Shown piece after piece: positions 25,368-35,094 of a stretch of 64,000 nt of DNA. The DNA is taken from assembly GCA_019358915.1 (NCBI GenBank), contig JAHHIM010000013.1, positions 32,001-96,000 on the forward strand, given 5' to 3'. Each line of letters starts with the position of its first letter. Within the stretch, counting starts at the first letter, position 1. This stretch comes from Trichormus sp. ATA11-4-KO1 (GTDB lineage: Bacteria; Cyanobacteriota; Cyanobacteriia; Cyanobacteriales; Nostocaceae). The notes beneath the pieces were generated by a model that made no database searches, was not told the origin of the DNA, and was given only the letters and a program-made list of their open reading frames with translations. Position numbers and translations under genes: made by a program.

Positions 25368-25448
25368 CAACCCGGTTGGAGCGGATTGACACAGAATCTT
25401 GGTTGGGCTGCAAAAGCTGCTAGCAACCGCAAAACTTGACCGTTGGGC
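25362..25448 (+). mobile_element. Integron attC-like recombination site (partly decayed)
   Basis: R'' AGCTAAC contains the upstream stop codon; GTTGGAGCGGATTG ... CAACCGCAAAAC forms the stem; R' is GTTGGGC; 87 bp. Confidence 0.7.
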
Positions 25449-25511
25449 TGCTGCGTTCGGCTTGACTCAGGTGCAAGTTTTGAACAGCTTAAACAGGTAA
25501 GAGGGCGAGTT

Positions 25512-25997
25512 ATGGAAATGTCGAAAGGTGAACTGACCTTTGTATTTTTGGCGGACAGACAAGATGCAATCCCAACTGTAGCACAATGGTATTATGAAGA
25601 GTGGGGCAGAGTTCCTGACAATTCGGTTGAGCAAACGATTGAACGGATAAAAGGCAAACTCAACTGCGATAAACCTCCTTTTCACATTCTGGCAATTTCA
25701 AAGGATAGCGTTCTGGGGGTTGCTCAATTTAAGCTACGCGAGACGAGCATCTATCCAGAAAAAGAGTTTTGGCTTGGAAGTCTTTTTGTTGCTCCTAAGT
25801 TCAGAGGTTGTGGTATCGGGTCAGCTCTAGCAGAAGAAATTGCTGTCATTGCCAAAGGTTTCGGGGTCAAATATCTTTATCTGCAAACGGATGCTTTGGA
25901 TGGAGGTTTGTATAAGCGTCTTGGCTGGAAAATCATCGAGACAACCGAATACAATAGCGTGCGAGTGGCTGTCATGGTAAGGCAACTGGTTGGGTGA
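25512..25997 (+). CDS. GNAT family N-acetyltransferase
   Basis: WLGSLFVAPKFRGCGIGSAL (motif A), LYLQT, LYKRLGW; RBS GAGGG at 25501. Confidence 0.9.
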   Translation: MEMSKGELTFVFLADRQDAIPTVAQWYYEEWGRVPDNSVEQTIERIKGKLNCDKPPFHILAISKDSVLGVAQFKLRETSIYPEKEFWLGSLFVAPKFRGCGIGSALAEEIAVIAKGFGVKYLYLQTDALDGGLYKRLGWKIIETTEYNSVRVAVMVRQLVG

Positions 25998-26080
25998 TAG
26001 ACCGAGCAGAAACACACCAACAACAGCAGAAAACCTTGAACTTTCACCGATAGACTCTTTATATTTGGTTTTTCCTGTCA

Positions 26081-26698
26081 ATGCGTAAGTATTATAAATA
26101 TATTATTTTTTACAAACCCTATGGAGTTCTCAGCCAATTTACACAGGAAAGTCCCAAACATATCACCTTGAAAGACTATATCCAGGTTGCCGATGTTTAT
26201 CCTGTAGGACGTTTGGACTGGGACAGTGAAGGTTTATTGTTGTTGACGAACGATGGAAAATTACAACATCGCCTCGCCCATCCTCGATTTGGACATCAAC
26301 GAACTTATTTGGTGCAGGTAGAGCGCATTCCTGATATAGATGCTATAAACAAGTTACAAAATGGTGTGGAAATTCAAAATTACCGCACTCAGCCAGCCCA
26401 AGTACGACTATTATCAGCAGAACCGCAGCTACCTGAACGTAATCCGCCAATTAGATTTCGGAAAAATATCCCCACAGCATGGTTGGAGATGACATTAACC
26501 GAAGGAAAAAATCGCCAGGTGCGGCGCATGACTGCGGCGGTAGGGTTTCCCACTTTGCGACTAGTCAGGGTAAGCATAGCCCATCTAAATCTCAATGGTC
26601 TACAGCTAGGTCAGTGGCGCGATCTCACGCCATGTGAACTGAGACTTCTGCATAAATTGCCTCAAAACTACAAAAGAGTTTCTAGCGCTAGGACATAA
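26081..26698 (+). CDS. RluE-like rRNA pseudouridine synthase
   Basis: [31 protein letters not shown]. Confidence 0.92.
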   Translation: MRKYYKYIIFYKPYGVLSQFTQESPKHITLKDYIQVADVYPVGRLDWDSEGLLLLTNDGKLQHRLAHPRFGHQRTYLVQVERIPDIDAINKLQNGVEIQNYRTQPAQVRLLSAEPQLPERNPPIRFRKNIPTAWLEMTLTEGKNRQVRRMTAAVGFPTLRLVRVSIAHLNLNGLQLGQWRDLTPCELRLLHKLPQNYKRVSSART

Positions 26699-26887
26699 AG
26701 CGGCTTTTTAGTTAAATTTCACAACAGAAGCAATATATTTTCATGTTGACAAACGTAATTAGATGTAAATAAACGTAATTTTGAGCCAAAAGGACTATAT
26801 AAGTTTTTATTTGCCTCTTTTTGGCGCAAAATCAGCCAAAAGGATTATAATAATCTTTTTTTATTCCTGACCAGTTAACACCAGCCC

Positions 26888-28339
26888 TTGGGTGCAAGTT
26901 TAAGTCTTATGAGCCTTAATCAGCGATTGCGCGGAGCGCAGCGCCAGAGGCGATCGCTCTGGCATCAAACTCACCAACAACAAGATATCTTGTCTGCAAA
27001 ACCTGTATGCTTGGAATTTGTACCCGAACGAGCTTCAGATTTAGAACTTTGCACGGTAGCAGAAACGCTGCGTCGTACCCAAGAGGAACTTCAATGGTAT
27101 CGCCAGCTTTATGAACATACCCCTGCTATATATTTCAGCTTGGATACAACTGGAATAGTTCTGTCTGTGAACCAGTTCGGAGCAACCTGTCTTGGTTACA
27201 CGCCTGAACAATTGATTAACCAGCCTGTATTTAACTTGTTTGCAGCATCAGACAAACAAAGGCTATCTGATACATTCACACGGTTATTAACGGCTGCACA
27301 TCAAAGCGAAATTGTCCATAGGGAGTTTCGCTTAAACTGCCCTGCAAGTAAGATTGCATGGGTAAAAGTCGTAATGTGTTTATTACCTGGTGGGAATAAG
27401 CACTGTTCTTTGGAAGAAAACCAACAGCTACTTACCAACCAGGCGGAAACCTCTACATTACAGTCTGATCAAATAGATTCGGTAATTCTCATGGTGTGTG
27501 AGGATATTACTGCTTACAAGCAAACAGAAACTAACTTAAAAGAATTAGCACAAGCAGTTTTAAAACAGAGCCAAATAGCAGCACAGGCTCATTTAGAGGA
27601 AATGGATCACCTCAATCGCCTCAAAGAAGAATTTTTGAGTACGGTTTCCCATGAACTACGCACGCCACTAACTAATATGAAAATGGCGATTCAGATGTTG
27701 GGAATCACGCTGCATCAAGAGCAGAAGTTTTTGTCGGAAATGGCAAAACCACAAGCAGAACGATCAAAAGCATTTCGCTATTTTGAAATTTTAGATAACG
27801 AATGTGAACGAGAAATTAACTTAATTAATAACTTCCTGGATTTGCAACGGCTAGATACAAGTGCTAAACCCTGGGTGCTAGAAACAATTCAAGTGCAACA
27901 ATGGCTTTGGCGCGTTGTAGAGCTATTTAAAGCGCGCCATTATACCTCCTGTCAACAAAAGTTGCACCTTAGCATAGCTGCTAATTTGCCCCCGTTGGCG
28001 TATGATCCGTTGAGTCTAGAGCGCATCTTGGTGGAACTTTTGACAAATGCCTGTAAATTCAGCCCCTTAGATGCCGAAATTACCATTTCCGCCCAATTGA
28101 AATCTCATAATATCCAATTTCAAGTCATCAATTCCGGCGTAGAAATTCCTAGTTTTGAATTACCACGCATTTTCGACAAATTTTATCGTATTCCTAGTAA
28201 TGATCCACGAAAGCAGGGAGGAACGGGGTTAGGACTGGCACTAGTACAAAAACTTACTAAGCACTTAGGCGGAACAATTGCAGTGGAAAGTGGAGCAAAT
28301 CGGACTTGTTTCACCATCCTACTAGCGCTGAAGAGTTAG
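26888..28339 (+). CDS. PAS-HisKA-HATPase sensor histidine kinase (start may be 26909)
   Basis: PAS domain, SHELRTPL, NACKFS, GGTGLGL. Confidence 0.9.
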   Translation: MGASLSLMSLNQRLRGAQRQRRSLWHQTHQQQDILSAKPVCLEFVPERASDLELCTVAETLRRTQEELQWYRQLYEHTPAIYFSLDTTGIVLSVNQFGATCLGYTPEQLINQPVFNLFAASDKQRLSDTFTRLLTAAHQSEIVHREFRLNCPASKIAWVKVVMCLLPGGNKHCSLEENQQLLTNQAETSTLQSDQIDSVILMVCEDITAYKQTETNLKELAQAVLKQSQIAAQAHLEEMDHLNRLKEEFLSTVSHELRTPLTNMKMAIQMLGITLHQEQKFLSEMAKPQAERSKAFRYFEILDNECEREINLINNFLDLQRLDTSAKPWVLETIQVQQWLWRVVELFKARHYTSCQQKLHLSIAANLPPLAYDPLSLERILVELLTNACKFSPLDAEITISAQLKSHNIQFQVINSGVEIPSFELPRIFDKFYRIPSNDPRKQGGTGLGLALVQKLTKHLGGTIAVESGANRTCFTILLALKS

Positions 28340-28581
28340 GGAGTGGGGAGATGAGGGGGAATTGAAAATGCCCCATTCCCCATTCCCCAAAATATTATGA
28401 AGAATTGGCAGCCAATATCTGAAATATTTAGCTAATATGCGTCACAATTAATACGGCCACCAAAATTCACTGGTGAAACCACAATTTATTGTACGTCTAC
28501 TGGAGGCAGGGGCAGCCAATTGTGGCACTGGGGATATTTAGTGGCTAAGCACCTTGGAATGGGAATTAAGGAACTTCCACC

Positions 28582-30624
28582 ATGCTGATTTGCCCTCAGT
28601 GTACATTTGAAAACCCCGACACTAACAAATTCTGTCAAAACTGTGGTGCGTCCCTGACCCACAAGGTCTGTCCTGAATGCAGTACCGATGTCCCTGTGAA
28701 TGCACAACTTTGTCATAACTGTGGTGCGGAATGCGGCACAGTTTGGCAGGCAATTATTACCCAGGATGAGACTAGAGACTGGGAACTAGGGAGTGGGGAA
28801 GAAATAGCAGAGAAGACCACAGAACAAGAAAATCAAGAAAACTCACTCCCTCTCGCCTCAACTCTAGAGGAGACTTTGAAGTCACCTATCTTGGCAACAC
28901 AACTCACAGCAGGCTCTTATTTAGACCAAGAACAGCGTTATCAATTATTAGAACTGCCATCAGCCCCAAGGAAAAACGTTGCCAAAATCGAAGTGTGCGT
29001 GAGAGTGTTAGACTGCCAGCCTTATCAAATATCACCTGTTGAGGCAATACTAACCAATCAGCAACAGGGACTAGTAGTGCCATCAGTGGAAGCAGGTGGA
29101 ATTCCTAGCCTTGCTAAGGCTTATATCGATTTACAATCTTTAATTCATCCAGGAATACCACCAATTCATGATGCTTGGCAGCAGGATGATATGCAGGTGG
29201 TACTAATTGAAGACCGATCGCATTGGCAGTCTTTACTCGATTTGTGGCGAGATGAAACAACAGATTCGTTACAAATTTTACATTGGTTATATCAAATGAC
29301 CCAACTCTGGGCTGTACTGGAAACAGTAAATTGTCGACAAAGTTTGTTGGATTTGGCGAATTTACGAGTGGATGAAGACCAGACATTAGCGCTACAGCGT
29401 TTGTATGTGGAACCATTGAATAAACAGCCGGCGATTCCTGCGGATAACTTGGCTAATGCATCGTCTGAAGATGAAGAAAAAGAAACATTTACAGGTTTTG
29501 GGCAAACTTTCACTATCCAAGCTTTGGGACAAGTTTGGCAGGAACTATTTCGTCAGTCTCAACGCACTCAATTTGGTTCTATAGTGCAGACTTTGGAGGA
29601 TGTGGAACTTGGTAAAATTCAGACGGTTGAGCAGTTGCGATCGCGTTTAACTCAAATCGCTGCTGAACTAGAAACACCCATCACAGCAACTTTTCATCCA
29701 ATGGAAGAAAAAGATCCTGTTACACCTACCATTCTGCAATTAGATGAGTTAGAAGATTCTGCGGTCAAACCAGATGATCTGCCTACAGTTGTACTGTCAA
29801 TGCAATTGAGCAGCTTAGAAGACGCAGGACGCACTGATGTTGGCCGTCAACGTAATCACAATGAAGACTGCTTTGGGATTGAAACCAAAATCGAGAAATT
29901 GGAATTACCCAAAAACCGAGTCATACAAGCCCGTGGTTTGTATATTCTCTGCGATGGTATGGGCGGACATGCAGGTGGTGAGATAGCCAGTGAGTTGGCA
30001 GTTAAGACTGTGCGGCAATACTTTCAAGAACATTGGATTACCAACCAAATGCCCACATCAGATAGTATTCGTGAGGCAGTTTATTTAGCTAATCAGGCAA
30101 TTTACGAAACTAATCAACAAGATGCCCGTTCTGGTATCGGGCGCATGGGGACTACTCTAGTTATGCTTTTAATTCAAGGCACTCAAGCAGCAGTTGCCCA
30201 TGTAGGGGATAGTCGCCTTTACTGCTTGACACGCAAGCGCGGACTGGTACAAATCACGGTGGATCACGAAGTCGGTCAACGAGAAATTTCTAGAGGAGTG
30301 GAAGCAAACATCGCTTACGCCCGTCCAGATGCCTATCAATTGACTCAAGCTTTAGGGCCTCGTGATCAAAACTCAATTAATCCTGATGTGGAGTTTTTCG
30401 AGATCAATGAAGACAGTCTCTTCATTTTGGTTTCAGACGGTTTATCAGATAATGATTTACTAGAAATTCATGGGCAAACCCATCTAATTCCCCTGCTGAG
30501 TTCTGGCGCCAATCTGGAACAGGGGGTTATGGAATTAATTGATTTGGCTAACCAATACAATGGTCATGACAATATTACTGCTGTACTTATCCGGGCAAAA
30601 GTCCGCCCAAATATGGACAGTTAA
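28582..30624 (+). CDS. PP2C-type Ser/Thr phosphatase with N-terminal double zinc ribbon
   Basis: CPQC/CQNC/CPEC/CHNC; GRQRNHNED, CDGMGGH, HVGDSR, SDGL, GHDNIT. Confidence 0.93.
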   Translation: MLICPQCTFENPDTNKFCQNCGASLTHKVCPECSTDVPVNAQLCHNCGAECGTVWQAIITQDETRDWELGSGEEIAEKTTEQENQENSLPLASTLEETLKSPILATQLTAGSYLDQEQRYQLLELPSAPRKNVAKIEVCVRVLDCQPYQISPVEAILTNQQQGLVVPSVEAGGIPSLAKAYIDLQSLIHPGIPPIHDAWQQDDMQVVLIEDRSHWQSLLDLWRDETTDSLQILHWLYQMTQLWAVLETVNCRQSLLDLANLRVDEDQTLALQRLYVEPLNKQPAIPADNLANASSEDEEKETFTGFGQTFTIQALGQVWQELFRQSQRTQFGSIVQTLEDVELGKIQTVEQLRSRLTQIAAELETPITATFHPMEEKDPVTPTILQLDELEDSAVKPDDLPTVVLSMQLSSLEDAGRTDVGRQRNHNEDCFGIETKIEKLELPKNRVIQARGLYILCDGMGGHAGGEIASELAVKTVRQYFQEHWITNQMPTSDSIREAVYLANQAIYETNQQDARSGIGRMGTTLVMLLIQGTQAAVAHVGDSRLYCLTRKRGLVQITVDHEVGQREISRGVEANIAYARPDAYQLTQALGPRDQNSINPDVEFFEINEDSLFILVSDGLSDNDLLEIHGQTHLIPLLSSGANLEQGVMELIDLANQYNGHDNITAVLIRAKVRPNMDS

Positions 30625-30685
30625 GGGAAATTTTCCTCTAACCTCTAGCCTCTAATTCCTTTGTTCAGTTTATGCAGGTCGTATT

Positions 30686-31957
30686 GTGGTTATTCTGACT
30701 CTGTTAGAACCGCAACAAAAAACGCCACTCAAGCAATGGTGCTTTGAAAACTCCTCCGTAATTCGGATTGGTCGGGCGGCGGATAATCATGTTGTTTTAT
30801 CTGATAGTTTGGTTTCGCGGCATCATCTAGAACTGAGGCAGGTCAATCCTGCCAAAAATATTGGTTCTTGGCAGGTGATTAGTCAAGGCACAAATGGCAC
30901 TTTCCTCAATGGTATCCTGGTGATTCAGAGTTTGTTGCCAGATAATTCCTTGTTGCAATTGGCACAGGGAGGGCCGATATTACAATTTCAACTCCAGGAA
31001 ATACCGGATACTTGGTTGCGATCGCCTGAAGGTGGCGAGATACCAGAAAACACTGCTGCATCAGTCTTTTCCGCTAGCACCCCTGCCAGTTTATCTGCCA
31101 GTTGCAATCACGAAGGTAACTCGCCTAATAATCTATTTTGTATCCACTGCGGTCAACCTCTGTCGGTGCAACAAACCATTCGTCAATATCAGGTGTTGCG
31201 AACTTTAGGACAGGGAGGGATGGGGACTACTTATTTAGCTTGGGATGCAGCAGGCATAATTGCCGGAAAACCACAATTGTTGGTATTAAAGCAAATGAAT
31301 GCTGATATGGCGAAAATTGCCAAAGCCCAAGAATTATTTGAACGGGAGGCGTATACTCTCAAATCCCTTAACCACTCTGGGATTCCCAAGTATTACGATT
31401 TTTTTGTTGTGGGTGGTAAAAAATACTTGGCCATGGAATTAGTTCATGGACAAGATTTAGAAAAAAGAGTTTATGCTACTGGGCCAGTAACGCCCAGCCA
31501 GGCGATCGCTTGGATGATTCAAACCTGCGACATCTTACACTACCTCCATAGCCAAGATCCGCCACTGATTCACCGTGATATTAAACCCGCTAACCTGATG
31601 GTGCGAAATTCTGATAATCACGTAGTAGTATTAGACTTTGGTGCCGTCAAGGAGATTGGTACGACCCCAGGCACTCGTATTGGTGCAGAGGGTTACTGTG
31701 CCCCCGAACAAGAACGGGGACAACCTTTAACTCAATCCGATTTATATGCCATTGGGCCAACACTGATTTTTCTGCTCACAGGCGAAAACCCTTTTAAGTT
31801 CTACCGTCACCGGGGGCAAAATTCCCGGTTTGATGTCACCAAGGTGCCGACAATTACTCCTAAATTAAGAGAAATTATTGAACGCGCTACGGAGCAACTG
31901 CCACGCGATCGCTACCAAAGTGCTAAAGAACTGGCTGTAGCATTAGCTAGTTGCTAA
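30686..31957 (+). CDS. FHA-domain Ser/Thr protein kinase
   Basis: FHA (IGR...SRHH...TNGT); LGQGGMG, HRDIKPAN, DFG, APE. Confidence 0.93.
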   Translation: MVILTLLEPQQKTPLKQWCFENSSVIRIGRAADNHVVLSDSLVSRHHLELRQVNPAKNIGSWQVISQGTNGTFLNGILVIQSLLPDNSLLQLAQGGPILQFQLQEIPDTWLRSPEGGEIPENTAASVFSASTPASLSASCNHEGNSPNNLFCIHCGQPLSVQQTIRQYQVLRTLGQGGMGTTYLAWDAAGIIAGKPQLLVLKQMNADMAKIAKAQELFEREAYTLKSLNHSGIPKYYDFFVVGGKKYLAMELVHGQDLEKRVYATGPVTPSQAIAWMIQTCDILHYLHSQDPPLIHRDIKPANLMVRNSDNHVVVLDFGAVKEIGTTPGTRIGAEGYCAPEQERGQPLTQSDLYAIGPTLIFLLTGENPFKFYRHRGQNSRFDVTKVPTITPKLREIIERATEQLPRDRYQSAKELAVALASC

Positions 31958-32044
31958 GTATAGGTTGGGGGAATTGTGATTAGGCTGTGCCGTGAGCGTC
32001 AGCCGAACGGGAATGGTGAGTATTAAAAATACCTATTCCCGTCT

Positions 32045-32263
32045 CTACTCTTCGTCCCAAGCCTCTACTGCTAGCAGTTCGCCAATAGGGTCTTGCATAC
32101 TAAACCCAAAATCTTGCAGTTCTTGTTTCCAGTGCTGCCACTCATTGCCATAGAGCAATGCAATTTTCCAAATGCTATCAGTTGGTTTGATAATATTGGA
32201 TTCGACGAGTGATTGCACGTTACGCTGCAATTTCACCATTGGGTGAATTACTTGCTGAGTCAT
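32045..32263 (-). CDS. DUF4327 family small protein
   Basis: 72 aa, LQRNVQSLVE...W...K.EL...D.I.ELL..E.W.EE pattern. Confidence 0.75.
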   Translation of the reverse strand: MTQQVIHPMVKLQRNVQSLVESNIIKPTDSIWKIALLYGNEWQHWKQELQDFGFSMQDPIGELLAVEAWDEE

Positions 32264-32477
32264 AACCTCGATTCAATTCAGATTTTGTTTGGTAAATGCT
32301 TAATCAAAACTGCTTTCCGTTTTGCAATTGTCATCGATGCGTAGAGTTTTGTAAGTGGCAAAGCTAGTCTTAACTTTCTAACTATATCATAACAAACTCT
32401 ACTAATTAGCTGGAAAATTCGGTTTTGTACGGTAATTACCACCACAGAACTGAAATTCCTTTGAGCGCTCATCGTTG

Positions 32478-32506
32478 ATGCTAAACGAAAAAACTGGCCG
32501 TCCGGA
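32478..32506 (-). promoter_or_regulatory. Candidate DIF1-type promoter for the DUF4327 gene
   Basis: Minus strand reads TCCGGA-N17-TAGCAT, about 215 bp upstream of the ATG. Confidence 0.4.
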
Positions 32507-32901
32507 AAATTAAATTGAACTGACAACTAGGGACGACCTGGGAAATTTTATTTGTTTGTTTTATGCTCACTAAAATCTCTACGCTTGTTAGAAAACCATA
32601 GAAACTGGGAATTTTTGGGGTTTTTGTGCAACGTGACAAAAAAATTTATTGCACACATTTAAACGTTATATAGAATATCGCAAACATCTGGGATTAATCA
32701 AACTCCTTGCAAATCTTTATATAAATTTAATTTTTAACGAAAAATTAAGTATTTACCTTACTCAGCACTCTTCATGTCTTAAATAGGGAAATTCTTCGAC
32801 TACACAGCTTCCTTCTTTACAATTTTCACGTTGACCTACTAACACTAGGTTGACCACGCCCAGGATATTAACGGCATCGCTGGGCATTTTTATTTTGCCG
32901 C

Positions 32902-32938
32902 GCGTAAAATCCCACCCACAAGGAGGTGGGGATGTAAG
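32902..32938. mobile_element. Possible IS200/IS605-type terminal hairpin remnant
   Basis: GCGTAAAATCCCACC-CACAAGGA-GGTGGGGATGTAAG stem-loop; no transposase nearby. Confidence 0.35.
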
Positions 32939-33143
32939 TGCTACCACATAAAACTACCATTCAAAACAACGCAAAAGTCTAGTCCCAGGCGTTGGACTGA
33001 TCGCTTAAGGCAATGAGATTGACACTGAGCGTTTTTCACTGAGAAGTTTTTGCGACACAATCCACAAGAATTCTACTGGTTTCGACTGCTGATTTCCGAT
33101 AAAGTCTAGACTATGAAGAAACCTTAGACGAATAAGATACGCC

Positions 33144-35000
33144 ATGCCGACCTATCGATCCAAAACCTCCACCCAGGGACGCAATATGGCCGGTGCTCGT
33201 GCGCTCTGGCGCGCCACCGGAATGCACACCGAGGATTTCGAGAAGCCCATCATTGCGATCGCCAACTCTTTTACCCAATTCGTACCTGGCCACGTTCACC
33301 TGAAGGATTTAGGGCAATTGGTGTGCCGTGAGATTGAAGCCGCCGGTGGTGTTGCCAAGGAATTCAACACCATCGCCGTGGATGATGGCATTGCCATGGG
33401 ACATGACGGAATGCTCTACAGTCTACCCTCGCGCGAGATCATTGCCGATTCGGTTGAGTACATGGTCAACGCTCATTGTGCTGATGCCTTGGTCTGCATT
33501 TCCAACTGTGACAAGATCACCCCCGGAATGTTGATGGCAGCCCTGCGTCTCAACATTCCCACAGTATTCGTCTCCGGGGGCCCCATGGAAGCTGGCAAGA
33601 CGAAGCTCTCAGACCACAAACTGGACTTGGTGGACGCTATGGTGGTTGCCGCAGACGACAGCATCAGCGACGAGGTTGCCGACGAATATGAGCGTTCTGC
33701 GTGCCCGACCTGTGGCTCTTGCTCCGGTATGTTCACCGCCAACTCCATGAACTGTCTCACCGAGGCCATTGGTCTCGCCTTACCTGGCAACGGCACGGTG
33801 CTGGCGACCCATTTCGACCGCAAGGATTTGTTCCTCAACGCCGCGCGGACTATTGTCAGCATTACCCGCCGCTACTACGAGCAGGACGATGAATCGATCC
33901 TGCCGCGCTCTGTGGCTAGTTTCCAAGCGTTTGAAAATGCCATGACGCTGGATATTGCTATGGGCGGCTCTACCAACACCATTCTGCACTTGCTGGCCGC
34001 CGCCCATGAAGCTGGTGTTGATTTCACCTTAGCCGATATCGATCGCCTCTCGCGCCAGGTTCCCCAACTCTGCAAGGTGGCACCTAACACACCCAAGTAT
34101 CATATCGAGGATGTCCACCGGGCTGGCGGTATTCCCAGCATTCTTGGTGAACTGGATCGGGCTGGACTGCTGCACACGGACTTACCGACGGTGCACAGTC
34201 AGACGCTGAAAGCAGCGCTCGATCGCTGGGATCTCATGCGTACCGATGACGAAAGCGTCCACACCTTCTTTAAAGCTGGCCCTGCGGGGATTCCCACTCA
34301 GCAAGCGTTCAGCCAATCGACTCGCTGGCCCTCACTCGACCTGGATCGGGAAAACGGCTGTATTCGCAGCGTCGAAAACGCCTACAGCACCGAGGGCGGA
34401 CTGGCGGTACTGTATGGCAACTTGGCTGAGCGCGGTTGTATTGTGAAGACGGCAGGCGTAGACGAAAGCATTCATGTGTTTGCAGGACGGGCGCGCATTT
34501 ATGAAAGTCAGGATGCTGCTGTCAAAGGAATTCTCAGCGATGAAGTGGAACCGGGCGACGTAGTAATCATTCGCTATGAAGGGCCGCGCGGTGGGCCGGG
34601 GATGCAAGAAATGCTCTATCCGACCAGTTACCTGAAATCTAAGGGTTTGGGCAAGGTTTGTGCATTATTGACCGACGGCCGCTTCTCAGGCGGTACTTCA
34701 GGCCTCTCGATTGGTCATGCCTCTCCGGAGGCGGCGGCGGGCGGCAACATTGCTCTGGTTCAGGGCGGCGATCGCATCTTGATCGACATCCCCAATCGCA
34801 CCATCAATGTGGATCTATCGGCGGAGGAATTAGCCATCCGTCGTGCTGCAATGGAAGCGAAGGGCAAAGATGCCTGGAAGCCTGCGCAGCCCCGGCCGCG
34901 TCGGGTAACAGCAGCACTCAAGGCTTATGCAGCGCTGGCGACTAGCGCGGATCAAGGCGCGGTAAGAAATGCTGAGTGCGGCTCGACTGACTTGTACTGA
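33144..35000 (+). CDS. ilvD: Dihydroxy-acid dehydratase (E. coli-like long type), GC-rich
   Basis: [48 protein letters not shown]. Confidence 0.96.
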   Translation: MPTYRSKTSTQGRNMAGARALWRATGMHTEDFEKPIIAIANSFTQFVPGHVHLKDLGQLVCREIEAAGGVAKEFNTIAVDDGIAMGHDGMLYSLPSREIIADSVEYMVNAHCADALVCISNCDKITPGMLMAALRLNIPTVFVSGGPMEAGKTKLSDHKLDLVDAMVVAADDSISDEVADEYERSACPTCGSCSGMFTANSMNCLTEAIGLALPGNGTVLATHFDRKDLFLNAARTIVSITRRYYEQDDESILPRSVASFQAFENAMTLDIAMGGSTNTILHLLAAAHEAGVDFTLADIDRLSRQVPQLCKVAPNTPKYHIEDVHRAGGIPSILGELDRAGLLHTDLPTVHSQTLKAALDRWDLMRTDDESVHTFFKAGPAGIPTQQAFSQSTRWPSLDLDRENGCIRSVENAYSTEGGLAVLYGNLAERGCIVKTAGVDESIHVFAGRARIYESQDAAVKGILSDEVEPGDVVIIRYEGPRGGPGMQEMLYPTSYLKSKGLGKVCALLTDGRFSGGTSGLSIGHASPEAAAGGNIALVQGGDRILIDIPNRTINVDLSAEELAIRRAAMEAKGKDAWKPAQPRPRRVTAALKAYAALATSADQGAVRNAECGSTDLY

Positions 35001-35079
35001 GCCTTGTCGAAGTAGCTTCGCCGAACGTCTGAGTGCTGAGTCAGAAGAAGAATAAGGAAGGACTTTCGCACTCATCATA
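34968..35079 (-). mobile_element. Shortened inverted copy of the AGTGCTG-ended element, carrying nested SDRs
   Basis: The reverse complement of 35029-35073 matches 40596-40640 (GAGTGCGAAAGTCCTTCCTT...TGACTCAGCACTCAG). Confidence 0.7.
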
Positions 35080-35094
35080 ATCACTAGGAATAGC

